DNA from: an uncultured bacterium
GTDB taxonomy: Bacteria; Eisenbacteria; RBG-16-71-46; JAFGJU01
Assembly: GCA_964570935.1 (NCBI GenBank)
Contig: CAZMZP010000077.1
Coordinates: forward strand, 12,893 to 76,892
Direction of reading: 5' to 3'
DNA length: 64,000 nt
The notes beneath the pieces are model-generated. The model saw nothing but the letters and a program-made list of their open reading frames with translations. It had not been told where the DNA came from and searched no databases. Shown here in pieces: positions 36,771-46,270 of the stretch. The translations under genes were made by a program, and so were the position numbers. Position 1 is the first letter of the stretch, and every line of letters starts with the position of its first letter.

Positions 36771-39761
36771 TTATCTGAGAAGGACCATTTTCCGGGCGGC
36801 GGACTCCCGCTCGCTCTCAAGTACGTAACTGTATACACCCGAGGCAACTAGCCTGCCCGACGTGTCCCTTCCGTCCCAGGACGCGGTGTGTCCGCCCGCG
36901 GCGAGCGGACCGTCAACCAGCGTCCTAACCAGCCGGCCCGAGACGTCGAACACTCTCAGGGACGCGCTGCCGGCGCGGTCAAGGGTAAACACGATGCTGG
37001 TCAGCGGGTTGAAGGGGTTGGGATAGTTCTGGCGGAGGCCGAACCCGGCGACCGACGGCGTTCCGCCCACGCCGATGGGGGCCGGAATTCTGAACAGGCC
37101 GTCGCTCACGTCCTCTGTCCAGTTGAGCCAGCTGTCGAAAGCCACGACCTTGATGACACAGCTGTCCGACGGGGTCTCAGGAATCTGCCACGTGTAAGTG
37201 GAGTCGTTCTCCTCGCGGACCGCGAGCGTTTCAGGGAAGCTCACCCCTCCGTCGCCCGAGAACAGGATGCTGACCGAGTCCACGTGCACGTTGTCGGACG
37301 CGACCCAGGTGATTTCGTGCTGAGTCCCCGAAACCCATTCCTCCCCTCCGTCCGGGCTGGTCACTTCGACTGCCGGCGGCTGGTAATCCTGCGGCAGCAT
37401 CAGCCACTCCAGCACCTTGTCCATGACCACCGCGCGGTTGTTCGGAGCCGTGCCGTCGGCTACGGCCTCGAACGGGAAGGCAAAGAACACAACCTTGTAA
37501 GGCGCCGTTCCCACCGCCGGAAAACGCAGCGCCCCCGGATAGGCGGTGTTGTTGAGGAACACCGTCGCGGAGCGGCCGTCGGGAGTGATGTCATCGGAAT
37601 AGTTCATCAGCGGATACACGTAGCTCGTGCCGAGGCTCATCCCGTTGCTTATGGGGTCTCCTGCCACGCCCGTCTCGATGCTGCTGGAGGTCTCGCCCGT
37701 GAAGGCGGTCACGTGAAGCATGTCCTGCGCGAAATCCTCGAACCTCTCGAGCAGGTAGTCCTGAGACGACAGGAACAGATTCCCGCCCCGGTTCAGGTAT
37801 GAGGTCAGGTTCCTCTCGTCCAGGCCGGTGAGGGTGAGGTCGCGCTCGAGTGACGTGAACCAGACGACCACTTCTCTCTTGGTGAGGTCGCTCAGAGCCG
37901 GCGACCCTTTGGTCTTCACGTTCCAGTAATAGTAGCCGTACCCGCCGGCAGTGAGCGCGTTCTGGTAGTACGTTTCATACGTGTAGCCGTTGTCGTCGTC
38001 AACCAGAAGAACGGGTTCCAGGCCGATCTGTATGTCGAAGCTGGACGTTGTGTCGTACCCGGAGCCCACGATGTTCAAGGTGAAGGTCGCCACGTGGGCG
38101 TTGGGTGTACCCGGAGAGGCGCTGAACGCGTACGCCGTCGCACCAGTGGAGGTCTGGTCAAGAACCATGTTGGAGAAGATGGAGTAGTTGCCCGTTATGG
38201 TTATGTACGGGTCAGCCGTCGTGAGAGTGGCCGAGACGCCAGTGACCGGAAGCCCCCAGTTCTTCAGAGTGAGCGGCATCGTGATGCTCTCGCCCGGGTC
38301 CGCCATCCCGTTACCGTTGCCGGTCGGGTCCTGGATGACGTGCGAGGAGTACTTGACTATGGGCCCGCTCAGCCAGCCGACGTGACCCGGAGTGTACGCG
38401 CAGAGGGCATCATCGCTGCCTCTCATCATGCACGCCACGGCCTGCGGGTTACAGAACTCGCAGTTGCCGTTGTTGATGCCGTGGCTGCAGAGACCGCAGC
38501 TGGTGCATCCGCCGTAGCCGGCCACGTAGTACTCGTCGCAGGCGCGGAAGATGTGCCCGGTCTCATGAGAATAGACCGTGTTGAACGGCCAGCTGAAGGA
38601 CCTGTAAAGGAGGTTCGAATACGGGCCTCCGAAATACGCCCATGCGGAGTATCCGTCCGTGAAGGCCGTCCCGGCGGGCGGCGGGTTGTACTCAATGAAG
38701 CTCGAGAACGCCCAGTTGGTGCCGTAGTTCGTCTTCGCCCAGGTGTTGTAGGCGGTGACGCGGTCGTAGTGAGAGCCGGACGAATATCCGAAGCTGGCCA
38801 TGATCTCCGCCACCCAGTTGGGCGTGTCGGAGGAAGCGTGCAGTATGGGTTCGTAGCCGGTCTGGCAGCGGACGTCGGTGCCGGGAAAGTAGTACACGGT
38901 GAAGGACACCGTCTTGCCGTAGGTGGCGGCCTTGTTGACCCACCACGTGAGTCCCGATATGGCGCTGCTCACGGTGTTGTTGAGCTGTGTCGTGCCCCAT
39001 GTGTAGGTGTTGGGGTCCATCGAGCCGTCGCTCTCCACGAAGAAGAGTGTTACGGTGACCGTGCCGACCATGTTGTCGCTGTTCCCGAGCACCCCGAACA
39101 CGCTCGGGTCGCCCGAAAGCCGCTCGGCCTCGGCGGTCGCGTCGTACCCGACCGACTTGAGGTTCTCGAGATAGGCGTCCAGGTCGAGCTGCGGCGGCTC
39201 GAACGAGTCGTTGATGAGGGGCTCGCGCTCGAGCGGCTCGCCCGACGGAGAGAAGAGAGATTCATCGCGCTGCCTGAGCAGTTCCTGTCTCCAGCTGCCC
39301 GAGGCGACGGAGTTGAAGAACAGCGCCGCCGTGGCGTTTGTCTCGTCTCGACCGCGAAGCCTCTCGACGACTGCCTCGGCCACGGGGACCCTGTAAACGC
39401 CTTCCACGCCCGGAATGGACAGCACTTCTGCCTCCAGTTCCGCCGGCACCCAGCCCAGGACCACACCGGGCGGAACCGCCACGGCCACCCTCGCGCCGGC
39501 CGCCTGAATCGCGTCACGGACAGACGCGAAGGCGCGGACATCCTCAGTCGAGAGGAGCACCAGCGTGTACCCGTCTGTCCAGCCGAACATACCGACCTCG
39601 GAATCAGCCGCTGGCCGGGCTTCGGACTCGTTGGCTGCGACGGGCGCGGAAACAACAGCGAGGGAAAGCAAAAAGACAAGACCCGCTGCCGCGAAGCCGC
39701 GTGCACGGGAAAGGGGTGCGGACGCACTGCGCACGATATACCTCCTGAAGATGGATCGCAT
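36771..39761 (-). CDS. Large secreted HExxH zinc metalloprotease-like protein with T9SS CTD
   Basis: Signal peptide ...AAAGLVFLLSLAVVSAPVAANE. SHETGHIFRACDEYY zincin-like motif. C-terminus NYPNPFNPLTSIVFTL...VFDVSGRLVRTL...GVYSYVL...KMVLLR. Start set at the second Met (MRSIF, 39761) because TGgTATAAT abuts ATG 39776. Confidence 0.55.
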   Translation of the reverse strand: MRSIFRRYIVRSASAPLSRARGFAAAGLVFLLSLAVVSAPVAANESEARPAADSEVGMFGWTDGYTLVLLSTEDVRAFASVRDAIQAAGARVAVAVPPGVVLGWVPAELEAEVLSIPGVEGVYRVPVAEAVVERLRGRDETNATAALFFNSVASGSWRQELLRQRDESLFSPSGEPLEREPLINDSFEPPQLDLDAYLENLKSVGYDATAEAERLSGDPSVFGVLGNSDNMVGTVTVTLFFVESDGSMDPNTYTWGTTQLNNTVSSAISGLTWWVNKAATYGKTVSFTVYYFPGTDVRCQTGYEPILHASSDTPNWVAEIMASFGYSSGSHYDRVTAYNTWAKTNYGTNWAFSSFIEYNPPPAGTAFTDGYSAWAYFGGPYSNLLYRSFSWPFNTVYSHETGHIFRACDEYYVAGYGGCTSCGLCSHGINNGNCEFCNPQAVACMMRGSDDALCAYTPGHVGWLSGPIVKYSSHVIQDPTGNGNGMADPGESITMPLTLKNWGLPVTGVSATLTTADPYITITGNYSIFSNMVLDQTSTGATAYAFSASPGTPNAHVATFTLNIVGSGYDTTSSFDIQIGLEPVLLVDDDNGYTYETYYQNALTAGGYGYYYWNVKTKGSPALSDLTKREVVVWFTSLERDLTLTGLDERNLTSYLNRGGNLFLSSQDYLLERFEDFAQDMLHVTAFTGETSSSIETGVAGDPISNGMSLGTSYVYPLMNYSDDITPDGRSATVFLNNTAYPGALRFPAVGTAPYKVVFFAFPFEAVADGTAPNNRAVVMDKVLEWLMLPQDYQPPAVEVTSPDGGEEWVSGTQHEITWVASDNVHVDSVSILFSGDGGVSFPETLAVREENDSTYTWQIPETPSDSCVIKVVAFDSWLNWTEDVSDGLFRIPAPIGVGGTPSVAGFGLRQNYPNPFNPLTSIVFTLDRAGSASLRVFDVSGRLVRTLVDGPLAAGGHTASWDGRDTSGRLVASGVYSYVLESERESAARKMVLLR

Positions 39762-39778
39762 GTCGTAACTTTGCATAG

Positions 39779-39808
39779 ATTATACCACTTCGGGGGGGTC
39801 GTTTTCCA
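39779..39808 (-). promoter_or_regulatory. Extended -10 promoter (TGGAAA-N18-TGgTATAAT) directly abutting the metalloprotease ORF
   Basis: Minus-strand reading ctgGAAAacgacccccccgaagTGgTATAATctATG. Predicted TSS at or just after ATG 39776, implying a 10-nt leader to the second Met. Confidence 0.45.
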
Positions 39809-39840
39809 GAGTCTGGTGGGGATATAGAGGGGGCGTCCCG

Positions 39841-40088
39841 GCGCCAAGGCCGCGCGGCGCCAAGGCGGCGCCAGGTTAGGGCGGCACCGCGGCCGCGCGA
39901 GGTTAGGGTGGCACGGCCTCCGCGCGGGGTTAGGGTGGCAGGGCCTCCGCGCGAGGCTGCCGGGGCACGGAGTCACTGGGGCACGGCCTCCGCGCGAGGC
40001 TACCGGGGCATGGAGTTACCGTGGCACGGCGCCCGCGCAGGCTTCCGGGGCACGGAGTCACTGGGGCACGGCGCCCGCGCAGGCTTCC
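39841..40088. repeat. Degenerate tandem-repeat array (16-, 27- and about 43-bp units sharing the core ggcacggcNNccgcgcgagg)
   Basis: 2x gcgccaaggcNgcgcg; 3x [ag]ggttagggYggcaSNgcctccgcgcg; then 3.2x aggctNccggggcaYggagtYacYgKggcacggcSYccgcgc. It spans the intergenic region and the last 30 nt of the GT39 gene. It creates spurious ORFs on both strands (39050..39976-, 39908..40573+). Confidence 0.6.
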
Positions 40089-42157
40089 ATCTCCACTTCG
40101 GGGAAGAGCACCGACTTCAGCTTCTCCGGGCTGAAAACGAAGATGCTGAACCCGACCCTGGCGTCCTCGCGGCCCTGGATCTTCTTGAGCCACGGCGCGT
40201 ATTTCAGCAGGGACGCGTAGCTCGTCACGCTCATGGCCCACTTCTCGCCGAAATACTGCAGGGAGGTTTCAGAGTCCTGGAGGTTCTGGAAATCCGCCAG
40301 AGTCAGCGGCGCGTAGTTAAGGCCGTAGTACGCCGGGTCGGCCGTGCCGAAGTAGAGGAGTCTCAGCGACTCTACGTGGTTGCGCTCCGCATAGTCCCGC
40401 AGGCGCTTCAGGTCTTGTCCCCAGTCCAGGTTCGAGTCCACCAGCCAGTTCACTCCACCCTTTGGCCCTCCTGCCAGCTCGTTGAAATACGCGAGGTGGT
40501 GCGGGCTCACCACCGCGCTCTCGAGGCAGAACCAGGCCAGCAGCAGCAGAGAGAGCAGGAACCTGGGCTTTAGCCAGTCCCGCGCGTGCGAGGTCTCGTC
40601 GGGACTAGAAACGCCCTGGCTCTCAACACCCGCGTGCTCGGGAGCGGGTTCGGGAGCGGACTCAGAAGCGGGCCTCGAGTCTTGCCGCGCCACAACGCTG
40701 CCCAGCAGGACGTAGAAGAACGGCAGAATGAAGAGCAGGTGCCTGAAGCCGATGTTGAGACGCACGAACGCCATGCTCCAGAGGAGTGTCACGACCGGGA
40801 TGCAGATGAGGACTAGTTCCGCCGAAGACAGCGGACGACGACGTCTCACTCCCAGATACACGGCGAGTCCCATCAGCAGGAACAACGGCAAGGGTTCCTT
40901 GACGAGAAGCGTGATCGGAAAGTAGTACCACCATCCTCCCAGTTTCCATTCGCCGCGGAGATAGGCCAGGTGCCCGCGCTTGAAGTGGAAGTGGTTGAAC
41001 AAAGTCCCGACGACGTAGCGTGGAAGCGGCACGGTCGCGGCCAGGCTTTGGGCCATCGCGCTCAGTCTGGGATTGCCGAATACGAACACGCCTCCCTCTC
41101 CGAACTTAGCTATCTTGCCCTGGACCGCGGGGTAGTCGAGCACGGGCTTCATCGTCAGACCTGAGCTCATCAGAGCGATGAGACCGCCTACGACGAGTAT
41201 CACGACGCAGTAGCCGAGCAGCAGCTTCAGCTTCCGCGCATCGCGGCCGGTCCAGACCCTTCCGCGGTCCGACGGGGTGGCTCCGCCGGACGAGGCGGCG
41301 CGACCCGACGGGAAAGCGCCATCCGACGGAGCGGCGTGGCTCCGCTTCCTGAGGCCCCAGACAACGGCGATCAGCAGGAATGAGATCACGAATATCAGAC
41401 CGGAGTATTTCGACGACAGCCCGAGTCCCAGGAAGAGCGCAGAAAGGAGCGCGATCCTGCGGCCCGGCGCCTCCAGCAGCCGCCAGAAGTAGTAGGCAGA
41501 AATGAACGAGAACGAGGCCAGCGCCATCTCCGTCGTCGCCAGCCTGCCGTGGGCCAGGATGTCGGGCGAAAAGGCGTACAGCACCAGGGAGAACCAGGCT
41601 GCCCTCGGACCGTAGAGCTCCCTGGACCACTTGAACACGAAGAAACCCAGCAGGAGGCACAGAAGCACGGACGGAAACCTGGCCCAGAACAGAATCGAGT
41701 CGGCGTCGTTGCCCGAATGAAACATGAACTCCCTGGCGAACGTCCAGTCGTCCGCCTTGCGCCAGCTCTCCGTGTCGAGGTTTAGGTTCGGCCGGATGGC
41801 CAGCAGCGGCAGGGCCATCAGGACTCTGGCCAGCGGGGGCTGCGCCAGGCTCATCCTGAAGTCTCCCGTCGTCAGGTACGAATACCCGCAGGCTATGTGG
41901 TTGGACTCGTCGTACGTGGGCGAGTCCTTCTGCATGATGAGCACGGACTGGAAGAAGACCAGGGCAAGCACCGCGAAGAGCAGCGGATTGAAGCGACGCG
42001 TGACCGCGCCGGGCGCCGCGGGAGGCCGGGACAGAAGCATGCGCGCCAGCGGCCACAGGATCACGAGCACACACGCGGCGACAACGCCGAACACCCAGGC
42101 GAGCTCGCCCGGAGTGAAGGCCAGCAGTTTCGCGAAGAAGAGTGAGCTAGTCGGCAC
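40058..42157 (-). CDS. PMT/ArnT-type (GT39/GT83-like) lipid-carrier-dependent glycosyltransferase
   Basis: N-terminal 10-12 TM region with ...AQPPLARVLMALPLL...FSPDILAHGRLATTEM... typical of the 4-amino-arabinose/protein-mannosyltransferase fold. Large C-terminal extracytoplasmic domain. Confidence 0.6.
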   Translation of the reverse strand: MPTSSLFFAKLLAFTPGELAWVFGVVAACVLVILWPLARMLLSRPPAAPGAVTRRFNPLLFAVLALVFFQSVLIMQKDSPTYDESNHIACGYSYLTTGDFRMSLAQPPLARVLMALPLLAIRPNLNLDTESWRKADDWTFAREFMFHSGNDADSILFWARFPSVLLCLLLGFFVFKWSRELYGPRAAWFSLVLYAFSPDILAHGRLATTEMALASFSFISAYYFWRLLEAPGRRIALLSALFLGLGLSSKYSGLIFVISFLLIAVVWGLRKRSHAAPSDGAFPSGRAASSGGATPSDRGRVWTGRDARKLKLLLGYCVVILVVGGLIALMSSGLTMKPVLDYPAVQGKIAKFGEGGVFVFGNPRLSAMAQSLAATVPLPRYVVGTLFNHFHFKRGHLAYLRGEWKLGGWWYYFPITLLVKEPLPLFLLMGLAVYLGVRRRRPLSSAELVLICIPVVTLLWSMAFVRLNIGFRHLLFILPFFYVLLGSVVARQDSRPASESAPEPAPEHAGVESQGVSSPDETSHARDWLKPRFLLSLLLLAWFCLESAVVSPHHLAYFNELAGGPKGGVNWLVDSNLDWGQDLKRLRDYAERNHVESLRLLYFGTADPAYYGLNYAPLTLADFQNLQDSETSLQYFGEKWAMSVTSYASLLKYAPWLKKIQGREDARVGFSIFVFSPEKLKSVLFPEVEMEACAGAVPQ

Positions 42158-43385
42158 GGGCCGCTCCTTTCGACGAGAGCATTTCGACGGCAGCGGCGAC
42201 GATTTCTTTCTGGTCGAGCCGCAGGAGGTCCGCCCCGGGCGCGCGCAGAGTCCTCACGCACGCGCTGAGGGGCGCCCAGCCCGTGGGGTCGGTCGGCCCG
42301 AACAGGGCCAGCGTCGGGCAGCCCACTGCCGCGGCCACGTGAAGCACACCGGTGTCGTTGCACACGAGGAGGTCCAGCCGTTTCATCACCGCCGCCACTC
42401 TGCCGATCGTCTCTCCAGTCAGCAGGACCGGCCGGAACTCGAGTTCCTTCATCAGTTCGTTCAGCACTTCGGCGTCCGAGGGCCCGGCCATTACCAGGAC
42501 TCTCGAGCCGTCACGAGCGTTCAGGGCTCGAGCCAGCTCCGCGAACCGGGCGGCGGGCCACCTGTTCTTCTTCTTCCCCGCCCCGGGATGAATCGCGATG
42601 AGGGCGGACGGATTGCCTTCCGCGGCTTGCAGGCCCGACGTGAATTCGCGCGCGAACTTCTCGTCGTCCTCGCTGGGAACCATTACGGGAGACAAGTCCC
42701 GCGTTGTGATCTTGAAGTGTTCCAGCAGACCGAGGCCCAGCCTAGTCTGGTGCACCGTAGCATCGTGTATCGGAATCGCGAAATGGAAGGCGCCGTCCAC
42801 GAACCCCAGGCCGAAGCTCTCTCCGCTGTAAGTCACCCTGAACCTGGCACCACTCACAATGCACAGGATGGCACTCGTCACGGAAAGCGAAACGGTCGAG
42901 AGTGCGACGGCCACGTCAAAGCGGCCCTTTCTCAGTGTCGAGACGAACCGGAATAGCTCCAGCGGCCTGGCCTTGAACGTCTTCTTGCTGTAGACCAGGA
43001 CCTCGTCAACGTGCGGGTTGCGGCGCACGACGGCTTCGTTCTCGTCGCTGGCCACGAGCGTTATCCGACTTCCCGGCAGGCACTCCCGCAGAGCCCTCAG
43101 GCACGGCGTCGCCAGCAGCATGTCGCCCATCTGGTTCTGCTGCCTGACGACGAGCACGCGCGGCGCGGGGCCGACGGCCCGGAAGGGATTCCCTTTGAAC
43201 TGCCTCGCCTTCACCGGCCTGAACAGCAAGGAGGCAAGGGCCAGCCTTATTCTTCTTCCTGCTTTCTCAGCCAAGGCGCCTCTGTAAGGGGCTGCTGCCC
43301 CGGTTGTCCCGCGTTCAATCGCTCTGACTGGCCGGGTCCGCGCAAGACTGGCGGGCCGCGGCCGCGCACATCTACCAGTTAGCAT
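42147..43385 (-). CDS. Family 9 glycosyltransferase (heptosyltransferase-like)
   Basis: RVLVVRQQNQMGDMLLATPCLRALRE (GT9 N-terminal motif) ... CNDTGVLHVAAAVGCPTLALFGPTDP (GT9 C-terminal motif). The true start is probably downstream of the ORF start, since the first 80 aa are low-complexity. Confidence 0.55.
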   Translation of the reverse strand: MLTGRCARPRPASLARTRPVRAIERGTTGAAAPYRGALAEKAGRRIRLALASLLFRPVKARQFKGNPFRAVGPAPRVLVVRQQNQMGDMLLATPCLRALRECLPGSRITLVASDENEAVVRRNPHVDEVLVYSKKTFKARPLELFRFVSTLRKGRFDVAVALSTVSLSVTSAILCIVSGARFRVTYSGESFGLGFVDGAFHFAIPIHDATVHQTRLGLGLLEHFKITTRDLSPVMVPSEDDEKFAREFTSGLQAAEGNPSALIAIHPGAGKKKNRWPAARFAELARALNARDGSRVLVMAGPSDAEVLNELMKELEFRPVLLTGETIGRVAAVMKRLDLLVCNDTGVLHVAAAVGCPTLALFGPTDPTGWAPLSACVRTLRAPGADLLRLDQKEIVAAAVEMLSSKGAARAD

Positions 43386-43490
43386 GATTGTGAGGAATCG
43401 TCAAGCAACGCGGGCGCGTTGGGCGGCGCGGGCCTCGTTTTCCACAACTCCACTCGACAGTGCTCGGGCCAAATGCTATTCTGCAGTCCC

Positions 43491-44864
43491 ATGGACCTAT
43501 TCGGTGTGCTCGCAAGAAAAGCCCTGTATCCGGCGTTTGTGGCCCTCAAGCGCGAGACGCATCTCTGTCACCTGAGGGAGATGGAGCGGACCCAGTATCT
43601 CCCCAAGGACAGACTCGAGACCCTCCAGTTCGAGAGACTGCGCCGTATCCTGGACCACGCAGCGGCACACTGTCCGTTTTACGCGAGGCGCTTCGCGGAG
43701 TACGGCGTGGGGCCGTCGTCGCTCAAGGAGCCCGGCGACATCCGGAAGTTTCCCGTCCTCAGGAAAAAGGACATACAGGCGAGCGGCCCCGACATGCTGG
43801 CGTCCAACGTGCCCCGCTCGCACCTGGTGGAGAACCGCACTGGCGGCTCGACCGGGAAGCCCCTCCACTTCTACGTCGACCTGGAGCGCATGGAGAGCAG
43901 GAAGGCCGCTACAATACGGCACAACCGCTGGGCCGGATACGACATCGCGGACAGGGCTGGGATAATCTGGGGGTCCACTCGCGACCTTGCGGCGGTGTTC
44001 GAGGGCAGGCTCCCGCTCCGTAGCGCGGTGTTCGAACGCTCACTCGTCCTGGACGCCTCGTGCCTGTCCCGGCAGAGCATGCACGATTTCGCGGACAGAC
44101 TGGTCGGGTACAAGCCAAGGGTCATCCTGGCCTACGCGCATTCGGCCTACCTGTTCGCGTCCGTCCTCGAGGCGAGCAGTCTGAGAAGAATCTCCCCCCA
44201 CTCAGTCATAACCACCGCTGAGATGCTGTACCCGCACCAGCGGGAAAAGATAGAGAGAGTCTTCGGCTGCGGGGTGTTCGACAGATACGGCTCGCGCGAG
44301 ACGAGCGTCATAGCCAGCGAGTGCGACTCTCACTCCGGGCTCCACATAAACGCCGAGTGTCTGCTCCTGGAGACGTTGGACGACGGAGAACCCGCCGCTC
44401 GGGGCGAACCCGGAGAAATCATAATCACGGACCTTCTCAACTTCGGCATGCCGTTCATCAGGTATGCGATAGAGGATTGGGCCACGCTGTCGCCCGACGC
44501 CTGCCCATGCGGCAGGACGCTTCCGCTCCTGAGCGCGCTGCAGGGGCGCACTACCGACTTCATCAGGACTCCGGAGGGAAAGTTCGTGTCCGGGGCAGCC
44601 CTCACAATAAAGCTGATAGCCGACATACCCGGGATCGCCCAGGCCCAGCTCGTTCAGGATTCGCTGGAGTCGGTGAGGTTCCGAATCGTGAGGGGACCCG
44701 GTTTCACGAAAGCCTCCGAGGAGCTGCTCCTGCGGAAGGCGCGCGAGCTTATGGGAACTTCAATTCAGATCTCGACGGAGTTCTGCGAGAACATCCCGAG
44801 CGAACCCTCGGGAAAGTTCAGGTTCTCGGTATCCAGGGTGTGCGAGATTGAAAAGACGTCGTGA
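43491..44864 (+). CDS. CapK / phenylacetate-CoA-ligase-like adenylate-forming enzyme (paralog 1)
   Basis: N-terminus MDLFGVLARKALYPAFVALKRE... and RKKDIQASGPDML...TGGSTGKP (AMP-binding P-loop analogue) match the CapK/PaaK family. Confidence 0.6.
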   Translation: MDLFGVLARKALYPAFVALKRETHLCHLREMERTQYLPKDRLETLQFERLRRILDHAAAHCPFYARRFAEYGVGPSSLKEPGDIRKFPVLRKKDIQASGPDMLASNVPRSHLVENRTGGSTGKPLHFYVDLERMESRKAATIRHNRWAGYDIADRAGIIWGSTRDLAAVFEGRLPLRSAVFERSLVLDASCLSRQSMHDFADRLVGYKPRVILAYAHSAYLFASVLEASSLRRISPHSVITTAEMLYPHQREKIERVFGCGVFDRYGSRETSVIASECDSHSGLHINAECLLLETLDDGEPAARGEPGEIIITDLLNFGMPFIRYAIEDWATLSPDACPCGRTLPLLSALQGRTTDFIRTPEGKFVSGAALTIKLIADIPGIAQAQLVQDSLESVRFRIVRGPGFTKASEELLLRKARELMGTSIQISTEFCENIPSEPSGKFRFSVSRVCEIEKTS

Positions 44865-46251
44865 CCTTCACAAGCTGTTGATAAGGAACGTCGGCCACCC
44901 GCTGTTCCGCCGTCTGACCGGCGAGTACCCTGTACCCGCGCGGGTGGACGAGCTGGACCGGGTCTACCGCCTGCCCCGGGAGGAGCTTCTCCGGAGGCAG
45001 TGGGAGAAGCTCCGGAGAGTGGTGAAGGCCGCGTATGATTCCTGCCCGTACTACACGGAGCTCCTGGACAGTGTGCGACTCAGGCCGGAAGACATAAGGA
45101 CACCGGAAGACTTCGCAAGGATACCGTTTCTCACGAAGGCCATAATACGGAAGCGCGGCAAGGACATGCTTGCAAGGGGAGCCGACCGTGCGAAGCTGAC
45201 TGAGTCCGGCACCGCCGGCACGACGGAGATGCCAGTCAAGTTCTACAGGACAAAGGAAGTCGGGCAGGAGAAATGGGCCCAGACGGCGTCGCTCAACAGA
45301 TGGTATGGATGGGACGTGGGCGACCCGGTTGCCTTCCTCTGGGGCGCGGCAATGGACATCTACAAGCCCATGAGCATGCGCGGCAGGATCAAGAAGTTCC
45401 TGATCAACCAGGACATCCTGCTCCCCACGGTTCCACTCACGGAACAGGAATTGGAGCACCATTGGAGAAAGCTGGAGGAGTTTTCTCCTCACATCATTCA
45501 GGGCTATCCCGTCCCGCTCTACCTGCTGGCCCGGCACGTCAAGGTCGCCGGCGGGCGCCTGAGCCTCCCGGACCTGAAGGCGATAGTTGCGACCGCCGAG
45601 CCGCTGTACGACTACCAGCGGGAGCTCGTAGAGGAGATGTTACCGTGCAAGGTGTACGACAGGTACGGTGCGAGGGAGACGGGGCTCATCTCGCAGGAGT
45701 GCGCGGCCGAACGCTCCCTCCACATAAACACCGAGGGCGTGTATCTCGAGATAATCGCCGACGGGAAGCCGGCCAAGGAGGGTGAGATCGGAGAGGTCGT
45801 TGTGACGGACCTTCACAACACGACAATGCCGTTCCTGCGATACGAGTTGGGCGACGTGGCTGCCTTGAGCTCGCGCGCGTGCGGCTGCGGGTCGGGCCTG
45901 CCAAGCATGCATTCGATGACCGGCAGAGTGGGCGACCTGGTTGTGCTCCCCAACGGCGTCGTAGTCCCGGGATTCTGGTTCCCGGCGCGGCTGGTGAAGT
46001 ACGCACCCGGCGTCGACCAACTTCAAGTTATCCAGGAGGAGCCCTCGCGGTTCACCATAAAGTACGTCCCGGGAGCCAGCTACAGCCAAGACGACATGGC
46101 GAAGATGCAGGAGATGTTCGTGATCTTGTTCGGGAAGGGATGGACGGTCGATTTTGTGCGGGTGGACGACATCCCGCGCGACCGCTCGGGGAAGACCAGA
46201 GTCTGCATCTCGAAAGTGCGCGCGGACTTTCTGGGGGTGCGGCCGGAGTGA
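44848..46251 (+). CDS. CapK / phenylacetate-CoA-ligase-like adenylate-forming enzyme (paralog 2)
   Basis: Same architecture as the upstream paralog (TESGTAGTTEMP, ...DRYGARETG..., ...RDRSGKTRV). 17-nt overlap with paralog 1. Confidence 0.6.
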   Translation: MKRRRDLHKLLIRNVGHPLFRRLTGEYPVPARVDELDRVYRLPREELLRRQWEKLRRVVKAAYDSCPYYTELLDSVRLRPEDIRTPEDFARIPFLTKAIIRKRGKDMLARGADRAKLTESGTAGTTEMPVKFYRTKEVGQEKWAQTASLNRWYGWDVGDPVAFLWGAAMDIYKPMSMRGRIKKFLINQDILLPTVPLTEQELEHHWRKLEEFSPHIIQGYPVPLYLLARHVKVAGGRLSLPDLKAIVATAEPLYDYQRELVEEMLPCKVYDRYGARETGLISQECAAERSLHINTEGVYLEIIADGKPAKEGEIGEVVVTDLHNTTMPFLRYELGDVAALSSRACGCGSGLPSMHSMTGRVGDLVVLPNGVVVPGFWFPARLVKYAPGVDQLQVIQEEPSRFTIKYVPGASYSQDDMAKMQEMFVILFGKGWTVDFVRVDDIPRDRSGKTRVCISKVRADFLGVRPE

Positions 46252-46270
46252 GACTGGATGAGAGGCCGGA

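Noticed and set aside
39873-39953. TTAGGG-containing units (ggttagggtggc) resembling telomeric repeats
   Set aside because: This is a chance hexamer inside a longer bacterial tandem repeat. It is not iterated as a telomere-like tract.
39841-40088. Possible CRISPR array
   Set aside because: The repeats are contiguous with no unique spacers, are highly degenerate, and cover only about 250 bp. There are no cas genes nearby.
39050-40573. ORFs 39050..39976(-) and 39908..40573(+) with repetitive PCHPNLARP / GHGARAGF translations
   Set aside because: They are produced by reading through the tandem DNA repeat array at 39841-40088. They overlap the well-supported metalloprotease and GT39 genes.
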